Of a DNA stretch of 64,000 nucleotides, positions 10,319 through 20,674 are shown piece by piece. A program made the position numbers and the translations under genes. Location of the stretch: assembly GCA_050949565.1 (NCBI GenBank), contig JBMNFY010000017.1, positions 672,001-736,000 of the forward strand, written 5' to 3'. Origin of the DNA: Kiritimatiellia bacterium (GTDB taxonomy: Bacteria; Verrucomicrobiota; Kiritimatiellia; RFP12; UBA1067). The notes under the pieces are model-generated. The model was not told where the DNA came from. It saw nothing but the letters and a program-made list of their open reading frames with translations, and did not search any database. Positions within the stretch are counted from its first letter, which is position 1; the number at the start of each line of letters is the position of its first letter.

Positions 10319-12274
10319 TCAGTATCCGTCGCGGAACCCAAAGTTCTCGCGCGTCAAACCGCGCGGCAGCTCCTTGATGAAACGCGAAGGCTTGCAATAG
10401 AACACACCGCCGTCACGTGTACGCCGCATGCCGGGCGCACACAGCACCAGTTCGTCTTTGGCGCGCGTGACCGCCACATAAAAGAGGCGACGCTCCTCGG
10501 CGTCGTTTTCGTTCTCGCCCATCGATCGGCTCGACGGAAACATCCCTTCGGCGGCCCAGATGACGATCACCACCGGCCACTCCAGTCCCTTGGCTTGATG
10601 GACGGTGCTGAGATGCAGCATGTCCGCATGTTCGCGCGCCATCTTATCGTATTCGTGATCCACGTTGGTGAGCAATGCCACCTCTTGCAGGAAGCCCACC
10701 ACCCCGCCATCACCCCTATCAATCTGCAACGCCAGTTCGAGAACATCCTCCTCGCGCTTATCGGCGTTGTCATAGGCCTTGGCTAGGTGGGCGCGGTAGA
10801 ACACGTCGCAGAACCGCTGCACCGCTTCACCGCCGTTGGCCGAGAGATGCTCGTCGTGGTACGCCTCCAGCAGCCGGTCGATCTCCTGCCACTGACCACG
10901 CGCGGCGGGCTTGAGCGCCGCGACCAAACGCGCGCGCTGCTGCGGGTCGCGCGTCTCGAAGTGACCGTTCAAGGTTTCCCACAGCTTCTCGATGGTCTTT
11001 TCGCCGACACCGCTGAGCAGGCCGAGCAGCCGCCCGAACGCCACGCGGTCAGAACCGTTTTCGCAGACCCGCAGGAAGGCGATGACATCCTTGACGTGCG
11101 CCTGTTCGAACACACCAATACCCGAGGTAATCACAAACGGCAGACGCGCGCGCCCGAGCAACATCTGCAGCTCAATCGAATGAAAATGCGCTCGGTAGAG
11201 CACCGCCATGTCACGCAGCGCATAGCCGTCCTGCTGGAAGCGCCGGACCAAGGCCAAAACCGTGCGCGCCTGCTCGTCCCCGTCGCGCAGGAAGAAGACC
11301 TGCGGTTTGTTGCGCGTCTTACGCGTAGGGCGCAGTTTCTTCTGGAACTGCTCTGGATTACCTCGAATGCAAGCGTTCGCCACCGCCAGCACCTCTGGAA
11401 CGCTACGATAATTGCGCTCCAACTTGATGATGCGGCAACCCTCCCAGCGTTTTGGAAACTCCATGATGTTTTTGAAGTCCGCGCCACGCCACGAATAGAT
11501 ACACTGGAAATCGTCACCCACCGCCATCACGTTGCGGTTACGGGCTCCTAGGATATCGACCATACGTGCTTGCAGCAGATTGGTGTCCTGATACTCATCG
11601 ACCAGCACATGCCGGAAGCGGTTCTGATAGTAGTCACGCACCGCTTCATGCTCCACCAGCAGCCGCAGTCCGTTGACCAGCAGGTCATCGAAATCCATCG
11701 CTCCCATCTCAAGCTTGCGTTCGTTGTACAGGTTGGCGACCTTGATGATCTCCATCGGATCCACGCAAAGGTCATGGATCCTCTGTTCCAGCACGTCCTC
11801 AAGATCGCACGCACGGTTAGCGGCAGAACTGATCAAGGATGCGATGACATCTTTCTTGGGAAAATCCCTCTTATTGCGCACGGCATCCTTGATGCAGTGG
11901 TCAATCAGCGTGTGCGACTCATCACGGTCGAGGATGGTAAAACTGTTGGGATAGCCGAGCCGGTCACCGAAACGCCGCAGAAAGCGATTGCAGACGTGAT
12001 GGAACGTGCCGCTGAGCAGACTACCCACCGCATCGCCAGCAACCTCCTGAGCACGCTCCAGCATCTCACGCGCTGCGCGATTGGTGAAGGTCAACAACAA
12101 CAGACCATCGGGATGTTCACCGCGTTCAATCAGATACGCCACACGGTACACCAGAGTGCGCGTTTTACCAGTACCGGCTGCGGCGAGCACCAGCAGCGGG
12201 CCATCGCCCGCTGTCGCAGCTTCACACTGTTCCGGATTCAAAAGCTTCGAGTAATCAGTCATGGAGGAGTTCAT
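10319..12274 (-). CDS. pcrA: ATP-dependent DNA helicase, UvrD/PcrA family
   Basis: LNPEQ, AAAGTGKT, LTFTNRAA, VDEYQDTN, VGDDFQCIYSWRGA, LERNYRS, STVHQAKGLEW, EERRLFYVAVTRAK. Start at 12274 or 12262. Confidence 0.93.
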   Translation of the reverse strand: MNSSMTDYSKLLNPEQCEAATAGDGPLLVLAAAGTGKTRTLVYRVAYLIERGEHPDGLLLLTFTNRAAREMLERAQEVAGDAVGSLLSGTFHHVCNRFLRRFGDRLGYPNSFTILDRDESHTLIDHCIKDAVRNKRDFPKKDVIASLISSAANRACDLEDVLEQRIHDLCVDPMEIIKVANLYNERKLEMGAMDFDDLLVNGLRLLVEHEAVRDYYQNRFRHVLVDEYQDTNLLQARMVDILGARNRNVMAVGDDFQCIYSWRGADFKNIMEFPKRWEGCRIIKLERNYRSVPEVLAVANACIRGNPEQFQKKLRPTRKTRNKPQVFFLRDGDEQARTVLALVRRFQQDGYALRDMAVLYRAHFHSIELQMLLGRARLPFVITSGIGVFEQAHVKDVIAFLRVCENGSDRVAFGRLLGLLSGVGEKTIEKLWETLNGHFETRDPQQRARLVAALKPAARGQWQEIDRLLEAYHDEHLSANGGEAVQRFCDVFYRAHLAKAYDNADKREEDVLELALQIDRGDGGVVGFLQEVALLTNVDHEYDKMAREHADMLHLSTVHQAKGLEWPVVIVIWAAEGMFPSSRSMGENENDAEERRLFYVAVTRAKDELVLCAPGMRRTRDGGVFYCKPSRFIKELPRGLTRENFGFRDGY

Positions 12275-12493
12275 GATACGCGACTCACCCACGAAACTCA
12301 ATGCCGCATGACCGCAATCGTCAATATCGCGATGTGCCAAAAAAGCCACGGTTCTTTTCTGTTTAACGGATTACGAGCGTATTCCCGATTGTCTGCATCC
12401 CCGGTTGTCTTGTTGGAATCAGACGAAAGCCGAGAAGGCGGTGGGGAAGGCGATTAAAATGAAATGGGCACCCCATGGCTGGTTCATGCCTAT

Positions 12494-12816
12494 TTCCACA
12501 CCTTGAAAGGTGTGGAAGTAACCTGCTTACAAAAGAAAGAACCTCAACACGCCAATAAACATGCTAAATATCCCCATTTTAAAGGCTTTTCTGCTCAAAC
12601 ATAGCAACACGCCGATTCGGCTTTGTTCCCCATGCTTTTTCCACACCTTGAAAGGTGTGGAAGTACAGACTCGATAACCATTCGCGGAAAAATACAGTTC
12701 TTATGCCGAGAAATCAGCAAAATATCCCAAAATTAAAGGTTGTTTTTTAAAATTCGATCATGTGTTGACTTGTCACCGCGCATCATGCTAATTTCCACAT
12801 ATTGAAAGGTGTGGAT
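12494..12816. promoter_or_regulatory. Three 24-bp palindromes TTCCACACCTT-GA-AAGGTGTGGAA (12494-12517, 12639-12662, variant 12793-12816); putative operators
   Basis: Two perfect copies and one copy with 3 mismatches. The third overlaps a candidate promoter TTGACT(12765)-N18-TAATTT. Confidence 0.7.
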
Positions 12817-12879
12817 ACCAGCAAAGCATTGCGGTACTACCGCAGTGCATGCGAATCGACTCAGGAACGGGGAACACTA

Positions 12880-13467
12880 ATGAGTTACCATCCAACCATT
12901 TGGCGCACATGCCGGGTCTTGGCCAATGAACGCAGACTCCGCTGCCTTGAGGTCGTGTTGCGCCAGCCGGGCCTGTCAGTCGGCGAGATCGCCAAACAGG
13001 TCGCCATCCCCGAGAACCAAGCCAGCTTGTGCCTGAGAGCACTGCAAGCGCGAGGACTCCTTAGCGCGAGACGGCGGAGCCGTTGGGTCCATTACTTTCC
13101 CTCGCCAGATCCACTCGTCCCCGCTGCAGCGCATATTTTGGCGGTTGTCAGCCAAGCGATCCTCACGGCGAAATGGTCGGCCGACCGAATCATCCATCAT
13201 CTGACCGCCTACACGCATCCGCGGCGGTTGACCGTGTTGCACTGTCTTCTGATGAAAGACAGCCTCACCACCCCCGTTCTCGCGCGGGAAACACATATTT
13301 CTTGGCAAGCGTTGACGCGGCATTTGAACAAACTTTCCGAGCGAAAGATGATTGTCGACAACGACGCGGCATGGTCGCTCCACCCCGACCGCGACTTTTT
13401 CTCGGAAACGTTCTTGCAACTCATCGCACAGCACGCGGACTTGTGGGTGCGTAACACTATGAACTAA
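12880..13467 (+). CDS. Transcriptional regulator with two tandem ArsR-like winged-HTH domains
   Basis: RVLANERRLRCLEVV...LSVGEIA......NQASLCLRALQARGLL and a second unit AYTHPRRLTVLHCL...LARETHISWQALTRHLNKLSERKMI. Likely start ATG 12880. Confidence 0.8.
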   Translation: MSYHPTIWRTCRVLANERRLRCLEVVLRQPGLSVGEIAKQVAIPENQASLCLRALQARGLLSARRRSRWVHYFPSPDPLVPAAAHILAVVSQAILTAKWSADRIIHHLTAYTHPRRLTVLHCLLMKDSLTTPVLARETHISWQALTRHLNKLSERKMIVDNDAAWSLHPDRDFFSETFLQLIAQHADLWVRNTMN

Positions 13468-13482
13468 GGGGAGCAACCTATC

Positions 13483-14985
13483 ATGAAGAAAAACTCTTTC
13501 ATCTTGTCACTTGATCAGGGTACCACCAGTTCAAGAGCCCTGCTCTTCGACCGCGAACTCAATATCGTTGCGATGGCCCAGCAAGAGTTTGACCAGTTTT
13601 ATCCGCAGCCCGGATGGGTCGAACACGATCCTGAAGAGATCTGGCGGTCACAGCGCAAGGTCATGGCCAATGTCTTGAAGCAAGTGCCTGACGGTCCGGC
13701 TGCCGTCGCGGCAATCGGCGTGACCAACCAGCGGGAGACCGTCGTCGTCTGGAACCGCCGAACGGGAGAGCCTATCTATCCCGCCATCGTGTGGCAATGT
13801 CGCCGGACTGCTGATTTCTGTTCGGAGCTGAAACGTCGTGATTACGGCCCGCGCATTCGCGATAAAACGGGCTTGGTGATTGACGCCTATTTCTCGGCCA
13901 GCAAGCTGCGTTGGATCCTAGACCATGTCGACGGTGCGCGGGAGGCGGCGCAACGCGGTGAACTGCTTTGCGGCACGATCGACTCTTGGCTGCTCTGGAA
14001 GCTCTCGAACGGTACCGCGCACGTCACCGATTATACGAACGCTTCCCGTACCATGCTCTTTAACATCCGTACGCTTCAATGGGACGCGGAACTCCTTGAT
14101 CTCTTCGGTATACCGTCTTCCATGCTGCCAACCCCGGTCCCTTCATCGGGCGAGGCCGCCCGGTGCGCCCTGCCGGAGTTTGAGGGACGCGAAGTGCCCG
14201 TGCTCGGCGTGTCGGGCGACCAGCAGGCCGCGCTCTTCGGTCAGGGATGCTTTGCCCCCGGACAGATCAAAAATACGTACGGCACGGGATGCTTCCTGCT
14301 CATGCACACGGGCGGCGAAGCGGTTTCATCCGCGAACGGACTGGTGACGACGCTGACCGCGCAGACCCTTGCCGGAGCGCCCTCTTATGCGCTCGAAGGC
14401 AGTGTCTTTGTGGGCGGTGCCGTTGTTCAGTGGCTACGTGATGAACTCCGCATCGTGACACGCTCTTCCGATGTCGGGCCGATTGCGGCATCAATACCTG
14501 ATACCGGCGGAGTCTTTCTCGTGCCGGCCTTCGCGGGGCTTGGCGCGCCGCACTGGGACATGTACGCCCGGGGCACACTGGTCGGCATGACCCGCGGCAC
14601 AGGGCGCGCCCAAATCATCCGTGCGGCGGTGGAGTCGACCGCCTATCAGTGCTGGGATGTGGTCGAGGCGATGCGTGCGGACTCAGGACAACCGATCGCC
14701 TCCCTGCGCGCGGACGGTGGCGCCTCGGCCGATGATTTCCTGATGCAGTTTCAGGCCGACCTGCTTGAATGCCGCGTCGAACGGCCGACCTGTATTGAGA
14801 CAACCGCGCTCGGCGCCGCTTCATTGGCGGCTCTTGCGCTCGGCTGGCAAACGTCCGAGACGCTTGCCGGCCGACCGGCCGCCAGCGTGTTCACGCCAAA
14901 CATGCCCAAGACGCAACGCAATGCTTTGCTCGCCGGATGGCGCAAAGCCGTTTCGCGTGCAGCACACTGGGAAACCGAGAATTAA
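13483..14985 (+). CDS. glpK: Glycerol kinase
   Basis: LDQGTTSSR, GWVEHDP, GVTNQRET, IVWQCRRT, DAYFSASK, TDYTNASRTML, GDQQAALFGQ, KNTYGTGCF, YALEGSVF. Confidence 0.97.
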   Translation: MKKNSFILSLDQGTTSSRALLFDRELNIVAMAQQEFDQFYPQPGWVEHDPEEIWRSQRKVMANVLKQVPDGPAAVAAIGVTNQRETVVVWNRRTGEPIYPAIVWQCRRTADFCSELKRRDYGPRIRDKTGLVIDAYFSASKLRWILDHVDGAREAAQRGELLCGTIDSWLLWKLSNGTAHVTDYTNASRTMLFNIRTLQWDAELLDLFGIPSSMLPTPVPSSGEAARCALPEFEGREVPVLGVSGDQQAALFGQGCFAPGQIKNTYGTGCFLLMHTGGEAVSSANGLVTTLTAQTLAGAPSYALEGSVFVGGAVVQWLRDELRIVTRSSDVGPIAASIPDTGGVFLVPAFAGLGAPHWDMYARGTLVGMTRGTGRAQIIRAAVESTAYQCWDVVEAMRADSGQPIASLRADGGASADDFLMQFQADLLECRVERPTCIETTALGAASLAALALGWQTSETLAGRPAASVFTPNMPKTQRNALLAGWRKAVSRAAHWETEN

Positions 14986-14991
14986 GGAGAC

Positions 14992-17151
14992 CTACTCCCG
15001 CTTCCAAGACAGCGTGAAGGGAACTTCCCGCGAGACGCCGCTGAGCAGCTTCACCGCGACCGCGCCGTTGGCTTCCGCCGTAGCCTGACAGGTAATGCCG
15101 TCGGCAGAGCTTGCCGATGCGAGCGCGAAACCTTGTGGTACGCGGAAGCGCAACGTGACCGGATAGTCCTTGACGGCCTTGACCGCGCCGGTCAATACGT
15201 TGCGCGCGCCGTCCCAAGCCAGCCCTGTCAACTCCACGCCGCCTTGTGTGACGTGGCGGTCGCTGCTGAGGAACTGCGGCACGGCCTGCGCACGGTGTAC
15301 CGCCAACAGCCGTACGCCGTGCCCCGGCACCGGCATGTCGAAACGCGCCTTGCGCACACCTTGATAAGCACCGGTCCAAAACTCGTAGATCGCGTAATCG
15401 GCCGCGGCATCCAGTCCCAGCTCATCAAAAGTGAAGCCCAGTTCGGCCTCCTTCTCATCCCAGTTGAACAGCGCCACCACCTGCCACTCCGCAAACGGAC
15501 GCCGCACATGCAGCGCCCAGACCGGCAGCATATCGAAGACCGGGAAGAGATCCATTGGGCGTACGTCGCAAACCGGCAACGCCTGCTGCAACAACCGCAT
15601 GCGCTCCGGCTTCAGTTCGGCAAGCTTATCGCCGGAAAACATCATCTGTCCCGGCAACGCCACGACGGTCGTCGCCAGCCGCGCCTGTTCGATGCCGAGG
15701 TAATCGCCGACCATCAGGGTGTCGGGATCGGTGAAGAACACGATGTTGTTGACGAAGATCTGATTGAGCGTGCAGCGCGCCTGATTCAGCAAGTTCGGCC
15801 ACTTGGCGGGCTGGTTCGGATGCACGATGTCGGCCCCGGTGCGCGAAGCATCGGCGTAGGCGGCCTCGGGGCCAGTGAAATGTCCCTGGCAAGCGAGAAA
15901 CACGCGGTCTTCGCCGATACCCTCACGGAACGCCCGCACACAGCGCTCGAACGGATCCGGGCAAGCCGGATCTTTAAAGCGGGCGCGGATCTCAGGCCGC
16001 TCGAAAAAATGGGCGCAGTAACCGGGGCCGCGCCCCGACATGCCGTCGATCTTGAAGTACTCATATCCCCACTCGCGCGAAGCGATGCGGTGAATCTCGC
16101 GCAGGTGGTTGATCACCTCGGGATGCGAAGGGTCGATGGTGAATTTGCCGTTCCAGGTTGACAACGGCTTGCCGTCCGAACCGTGCAAGAACCACTCTTT
16201 GTGCGCCAGATAGAAGTTCGTGCTGCCGGTGCCGAAGGGCGCGGTCCAGAGCCCCGGCCTGAAACCGAGCGCCCGAATATCGTCGGCCAAACGCTTCATG
16301 CCAAGCGGGAATTGATGCTGATTGGGCTTCAGACTGAGGTTGTCAAAGTTGCTGACCGGCAGCGAGTCGGAGTTGTCCTGCCACGACTCGATATGCCAGA
16401 ACTCCATGCCGAAGGGCTGCAAATGCTTTTGGCCGATGCGCGCCTCGGCCAGATTGTCTTCGGCCGTGGCCTTGTCAAAGTAAATGTTCCAAGACATCCA
16501 ACCGGTGGGCGGCGACGGACAACGCTTGCGGTCGATCGGTTTGTAATAGGGAACGTAACGACTGCGATAGTAATCGCGCTCGACCGTAAAACTCCAGACC
16601 GCTTCAGCCGCTTCGTTTATCGTCGCCTCCAGCGTGAGTCCGTAGCGCCCACCTCCCTGACTGGCGAGCCGCCGTGCGGAACCGCCGCGCAATAGCAGGC
16701 AACGATCGCGCTCCGAATCGAAAAGCGAATCGTTGAGGTCAGTGTCCGGGCGGCCGGTTCCGAGTTGGAGCACGCGCGAACCTTTAAGCGGTTGCGTGCG
16801 GCAAGCGAAGCTGTCCGGCGTGAACGCGATGTTGCCGGTCATGCGCAATTGCCCGGCGTAATTTTGCGCGGTACGGTGGTAGGCCAACAGCGAGAGGCGG
16901 TCGCCATCGCCTTGAAACGCCAGATAGCCCTGTACGTTGCCGCGAGGATCAAGCAGCGCGAGACGGTTCGCCACCGCGTCGTGCGGTGCCGCCACGCGCC
17001 AGATCTGATCGCCGGATGTAAAGCCCAGCGTGCCGCTGATGTGCACCTCGCCAGATGCGTTTACCAGTTCGAGACGCGCATCCGCCTCCTGAAAAGTCAC
17101 CTGCCAGTTACCCAATGTCAAACTGACCAATGCCGCCGCAAGAGCTCCCAT
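14992..17151 (-). CDS. Alpha-galactosidase-like glycoside hydrolase (GH36/GH27, clan D)
   Basis: PTGWMSWN, FPLGMK.LAD.I...GFRPGLWTAPF, WGYEYFKIDG, SRTGADI, DPDTL, and C-terminal VALFNW beta-domain. Confidence 0.85.
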   Translation of the reverse strand: MGALAAALVSLTLGNWQVTFQEADARLELVNASGEVHISGTLGFTSGDQIWRVAAPHDAVANRLALLDPRGNVQGYLAFQGDGDRLSLLAYHRTAQNYAGQLRMTGNIAFTPDSFACRTQPLKGSRVLQLGTGRPDTDLNDSLFDSERDRCLLLRGGSARRLASQGGGRYGLTLEATINEAAEAVWSFTVERDYYRSRYVPYYKPIDRKRCPSPPTGWMSWNIYFDKATAEDNLAEARIGQKHLQPFGMEFWHIESWQDNSDSLPVSNFDNLSLKPNQHQFPLGMKRLADDIRALGFRPGLWTAPFGTGSTNFYLAHKEWFLHGSDGKPLSTWNGKFTIDPSHPEVINHLREIHRIASREWGYEYFKIDGMSGRGPGYCAHFFERPEIRARFKDPACPDPFERCVRAFREGIGEDRVFLACQGHFTGPEAAYADASRTGADIVHPNQPAKWPNLLNQARCTLNQIFVNNIVFFTDPDTLMVGDYLGIEQARLATTVVALPGQMMFSGDKLAELKPERMRLLQQALPVCDVRPMDLFPVFDMLPVWALHVRRPFAEWQVVALFNWDEKEAELGFTFDELGLDAAADYAIYEFWTGAYQGVRKARFDMPVPGHGVRLLAVHRAQAVPQFLSSDRHVTQGGVELTGLAWDGARNVLTGAVKAVKDYPVTLRFRVPQGFALASASSADGITCQATAEANGAVAVKLLSGVSREVPFTLSWKRE

Positions 17152-17229
17152 GTAAACCTCCTCACTACCGTCCTCGTGTTAAAGCGTAATTCCGGCAGTG
17201 TAGCGAAAAGGATGCGGCACTGGCAAGCA

Positions 17230-17278
17230 ATCGATTGGTGGTGTCGATCGATTGGTGGTTGACAATCGGTTAGTTGTC
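17230..17278. repeat. Degenerate tandem repeat of about 17 bp, x3
   Basis: ATCGATTGGTGGTGTCG / ATCGATTGGTGGTTGAC / AATCGGTTAGTTGTC. Confidence 0.5.
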
Positions 17279-17293
17279 CAGAATCACTTCACG

Positions 17294-20200
17294 TTACTTT
17301 GACAACTCCTGACGAAGTTTCTCCAGAAAGTCGCCGACACGCTCGACCGCCTGTTCGCTGACGGCACGCTTCAGCATATCGCCCAACGCGCGCGTGTCAA
17401 GACGCGGCGCGTCCACAGTGCCCGTGACCGGGATCTTGATCGACGTGCCTTTGAGTATGCGGGCTGCTGACGTGCCGACCAGTCGCTCCGTCACCGGCAC
17501 CTCAATCACATAGTTCACTGCACCGTCGAAGGCCACCCAGCCGCCGATGATCACCGGTTGCTCTTCGATCACCATACGCACCGGATCGGCCTGAATCCGT
17601 CCATTGCGCACCGTCACATGAATCGGCAGGTTCTTCACCTCGTACACATGCGTCTTGACCTTGATCATGCCAAGCAACTCGCGTAACGCGGGGCCCAACT
17701 CCAGTTTCAAGTTTTCGAGCGCGATGTCCATATCCAAGGCCACACCGCGTTCCGGGGGCACGCCCGGCTCAATGCGGCAGCTCCGCAGATCCAGCGTGAC
17801 CGTTCCGCTACGCACGCGACCACCCTGAAACAACGGATTAAAGTTCACCAGCAACGTATCAAGCATCTCTTGCGTCAGTGCCACGCGCTCCAGCAACCGC
17901 GTGCGCGGCGGCAGTATCAGCGTGCCGCCCCCGCGTCCGCCGACCGCGAGCTCAGGAACCAGCCGCAACCGTCCGTTGTTGAGCGCCGGCTCATACCCGA
18001 CGCGCAATACGCCTTTGGACAGACGGAAGACGGCGTCTGCAGGCCCGGCACGTAACCCGAATCCAACGACCGACCCCACATACACGGCGGCTTCGAGTTC
18101 GCCCTCCGACAACACCGTCGACGCACCGCCCGCCAGCGGCGAGGTAAAGCGGAACGGCCGGAACTCGCGTCCGGTCAACGTAAACTCATCGATCCCCTTG
18201 GCCGCCAGCAGTCGCGTCACCGCAGCGGCGTCCACTGCCGTGCGGCCCTGTGCCGTGAGCAAACAGCGGCCGGACAGTTCGTTCGCCGCCGCCTCAGCCT
18301 GCATCGCGAACAGGCTGCTCGCCACATCCAACTTGGAGACCTTGACGCTCGTTCCGTCTGTTGCAATGACCGCCTCTGCGATCACACGCGCCGACGGTTC
18401 TGCGAACACGGCGGTGCCGTCACGTTCCAGTATGGCGCCGCCTTGCGCCGTCAGCGCGATCTGCATCCCGCGCTTGGCACCATCGCGCACCACGCTGCCT
18501 TCAACCCGCACATCCGGCACACGCCACACACCGCCGTCTTCGACACGTGCGGTGATCGCGAGCCCGGCGGCATTCAGGCGCGCCTTTACCCCTTCCCCCA
18601 CAACCTCGGCCGTTGCATTAGCCACCACCCGGCCTTGCCATGCCGACAAGCGGCGCTGCGCGGCAATCGGCAGAAAACCGCCCATCAGACGGCGCGCGCC
18701 GGCCAGTTCCATATCGCTGGAGAAGGTAAACCCGCGCACCTGCAAAGGACGCTTCTCGCCGGGAGGCACCAGCCGTTGGCACGCGCCGGACATCCGTCCG
18801 CCATCAAGCGTCAGCTCAACGGACGCATCGTGCACCTCGGCCTGCGGCTCGTTACCTTGCAACGGCACACGCCCTGAGAGCTTCAGCGTTCCCTGCGGCA
18901 CCACTGTGCGCTGACCCGGCTGCACCTCCACCGCCACGTCGGCCAACTTCAGGAAAGAGGCAAGCGCAACCCCTGCCCCTTCGCGCCGGCTTGAGGCGTC
19001 CAAATAGATTGATCCCACCATTGGCGGACACGTCTTGAAGATGCGCGTGGCGTCACGGGCAAACCGCGTCAGATCGAGCTGTGCCTTGAGAGTCGCCGCG
19101 TCAAAGCGGCCACTGGCATAGACATCGGCAAACGGGGCTTTGAGATGCAAGCGTTCAATCTCAGGCCACGCGCCGTACGGGAAGCGCGCCTTCACTTGCA
19201 ACGAGGGCTCCGGCTTGAACGTGATCGGCTGCTTCCCGACCTTCATCGCCAAATCGGACGTCACCGCGTCCGCCTGCACCTGCAACGCTGTGTCGCTCCC
19301 CTCGACCGCCACCTCGGCGCGCAGCTCGCCGCCGCTCATCGTGAAGGCCTTGGAGAGTCCGAGCGCCGGCCCGAAGTCCCGTGCTAGCGCCGCGAGTTGA
19401 ATCGTGGTCTTGCCACTCACCGCCCCGGTCATCACGCCTTTTTTCTCTGCTGCCTGCAACCGGCCTTTGGCCTCAGCGCGTATCCACGGCGAAGCCAGAT
19501 CGAACTGAGTGATTGTGAGCGTCTTGCCGTCAACCCCAAGATTCGCCATCAGCGCCACATCGCCGGGCGGCGACGGCTTCTCGCCCTGCGCTCCGACCGA
19601 AAGTTGGCTGACAGCCAAGCCGCCCTCGATCATCCCCAGCTTGGAACTGCGGATTGCGGCGGTCAGCGCGCCCTCCAACTTGCCGCTACGGATCCATGCG
19701 TCGCCGGTCATGTGCTGAATCAACGGCGCGAACGCTGTGATATCTACATCAACCGCTTTCAGCGTGATGCGTTCCGGCTGCTCCGTCTCGGTGCCCTTGC
19801 TTAGATCACGGATGCTCTGGATGCGTCCCTCCAACGCCACCAAACCACCGCCTATCTGCGCGCGCGTCTTCACCTCAATCGGCTTGCGGTACGAGGTTAA
19901 CGCTACACGCCCCTCCACCTGCTCCGCCACGCAACGCCCCGCGCTGCCGCCGTGGATCGCGACACGACCACCCGTCACATTCAGGGTGGCTGCGATATCG
20001 ACGATCGGCAGGAAGAAGGTGCCTTTCTTCTCTTTCTCCTTCCGGGCCTTTGGCTCAGCCGGCGGCGGGGGCGGCGCAAGGTCGAGGTCAAGCTCAGGCG
20101 CACTGAGCGTCACCTCGCCCAGATCAAGCACCCCGATTGGCAACAGACGTAGCAACCCGCGGTCGAACGCAACACGCTTAGCCGACATCGCGATTCCGTG

Positions 20201-20491
20201 CTGCGGATCGCTGAACGAGAACGCCTCCAGAACCGGCGCACGGAACCAACCCAGCGACCAACGCTCAAACGACACGCGCGCCGGTTCGGCCGCCTTGTTG
20301 ATCGAAGCCAGTACCCATCGGCGGCCGCCATCCATTGAAAGCAACGTCGGGATCAGCGCCACGAGAACGACCAACGGAACCAGCAGAAACAGAATCAACT
20401 GAAGACCTCCCCGCAGACAGCCTTTCCGCTCCTCTGCCGCCTCATCCACCTCATCATCACGAATTGCATCAAATTGCATGACGATCAGCAT
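17294..20491 (-). CDS. AsmA/TamB-like membrane-anchored beta-rich protein
   Basis: Single N-terminal TM (LILFLLVPLVVLVALIPTLLS..GR), long beta-strand-rich body, and an AsmA-type C-terminus (IGGWVAFDGAVNY...IPVTGTVDAPRLD). Confidence 0.65.
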   Translation of the reverse strand: MLIVMQFDAIRDDEVDEAAEERKGCLRGGLQLILFLLVPLVVLVALIPTLLSMDGGRRWVLASINKAAEPARVSFERWSLGWFRAPVLEAFSFSDPQHGIAMSAKRVAFDRGLLRLLPIGVLDLGEVTLSAPELDLDLAPPPPPAEPKARKEKEKKGTFFLPIVDIAATLNVTGGRVAIHGGSAGRCVAEQVEGRVALTSYRKPIEVKTRAQIGGGLVALEGRIQSIRDLSKGTETEQPERITLKAVDVDITAFAPLIQHMTGDAWIRSGKLEGALTAAIRSSKLGMIEGGLAVSQLSVGAQGEKPSPPGDVALMANLGVDGKTLTITQFDLASPWIRAEAKGRLQAAEKKGVMTGAVSGKTTIQLAALARDFGPALGLSKAFTMSGGELRAEVAVEGSDTALQVQADAVTSDLAMKVGKQPITFKPEPSLQVKARFPYGAWPEIERLHLKAPFADVYASGRFDAATLKAQLDLTRFARDATRIFKTCPPMVGSIYLDASSRREGAGVALASFLKLADVAVEVQPGQRTVVPQGTLKLSGRVPLQGNEPQAEVHDASVELTLDGGRMSGACQRLVPPGEKRPLQVRGFTFSSDMELAGARRLMGGFLPIAAQRRLSAWQGRVVANATAEVVGEGVKARLNAAGLAITARVEDGGVWRVPDVRVEGSVVRDGAKRGMQIALTAQGGAILERDGTAVFAEPSARVIAEAVIATDGTSVKVSKLDVASSLFAMQAEAAANELSGRCLLTAQGRTAVDAAAVTRLLAAKGIDEFTLTGREFRPFRFTSPLAGGASTVLSEGELEAAVYVGSVVGFGLRAGPADAVFRLSKGVLRVGYEPALNNGRLRLVPELAVGGRGGGTLILPPRTRLLERVALTQEMLDTLLVNFNPLFQGGRVRSGTVTLDLRSCRIEPGVPPERGVALDMDIALENLKLELGPALRELLGMIKVKTHVYEVKNLPIHVTVRNGRIQADPVRMVIEEQPVIIGGWVAFDGAVNYVIEVPVTERLVGTSAARILKGTSIKIPVTGTVDAPRLDTRALGDMLKRAVSEQAVERVGDFLEKLRQELSK

Positions 20492-20528
20492 ACCACGCCC
20501 GTCTTATGGCGACAAGCGCGACCGGTAC

Positions 20529-20662
20529 GGGTTTCAGGTTTCGGGGTTTCAGGGTTTCACTTGAGCGTTGAGCGTTGAAAGTTGGGCGTTGAACGTTATT
20601 GAAGCGCCCTCTTGCAGTGCCCAAAAAAATCTTAGTGCCCTTCGTGCCTTCGTGTGAGAAAA
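20529..20662. repeat. Intergenic mosaic of repeat modules
   Basis: (GGGTTTCR)n, (GAGCGTT)n and (CCTTCGTGC)n modules shared with 1735-2140, 38167-38886 and 48646-48682. Confidence 0.75.
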
Positions 20663-20674
20663 ACAACTAACGCA

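Noticed and set aside
12494-12816. CRISPR mini-array from the 24-bp palindromes
   Set aside because: The intervals are 120-130 bp and partly similar to each other, with no cas genes; an operator-like reading fits better.
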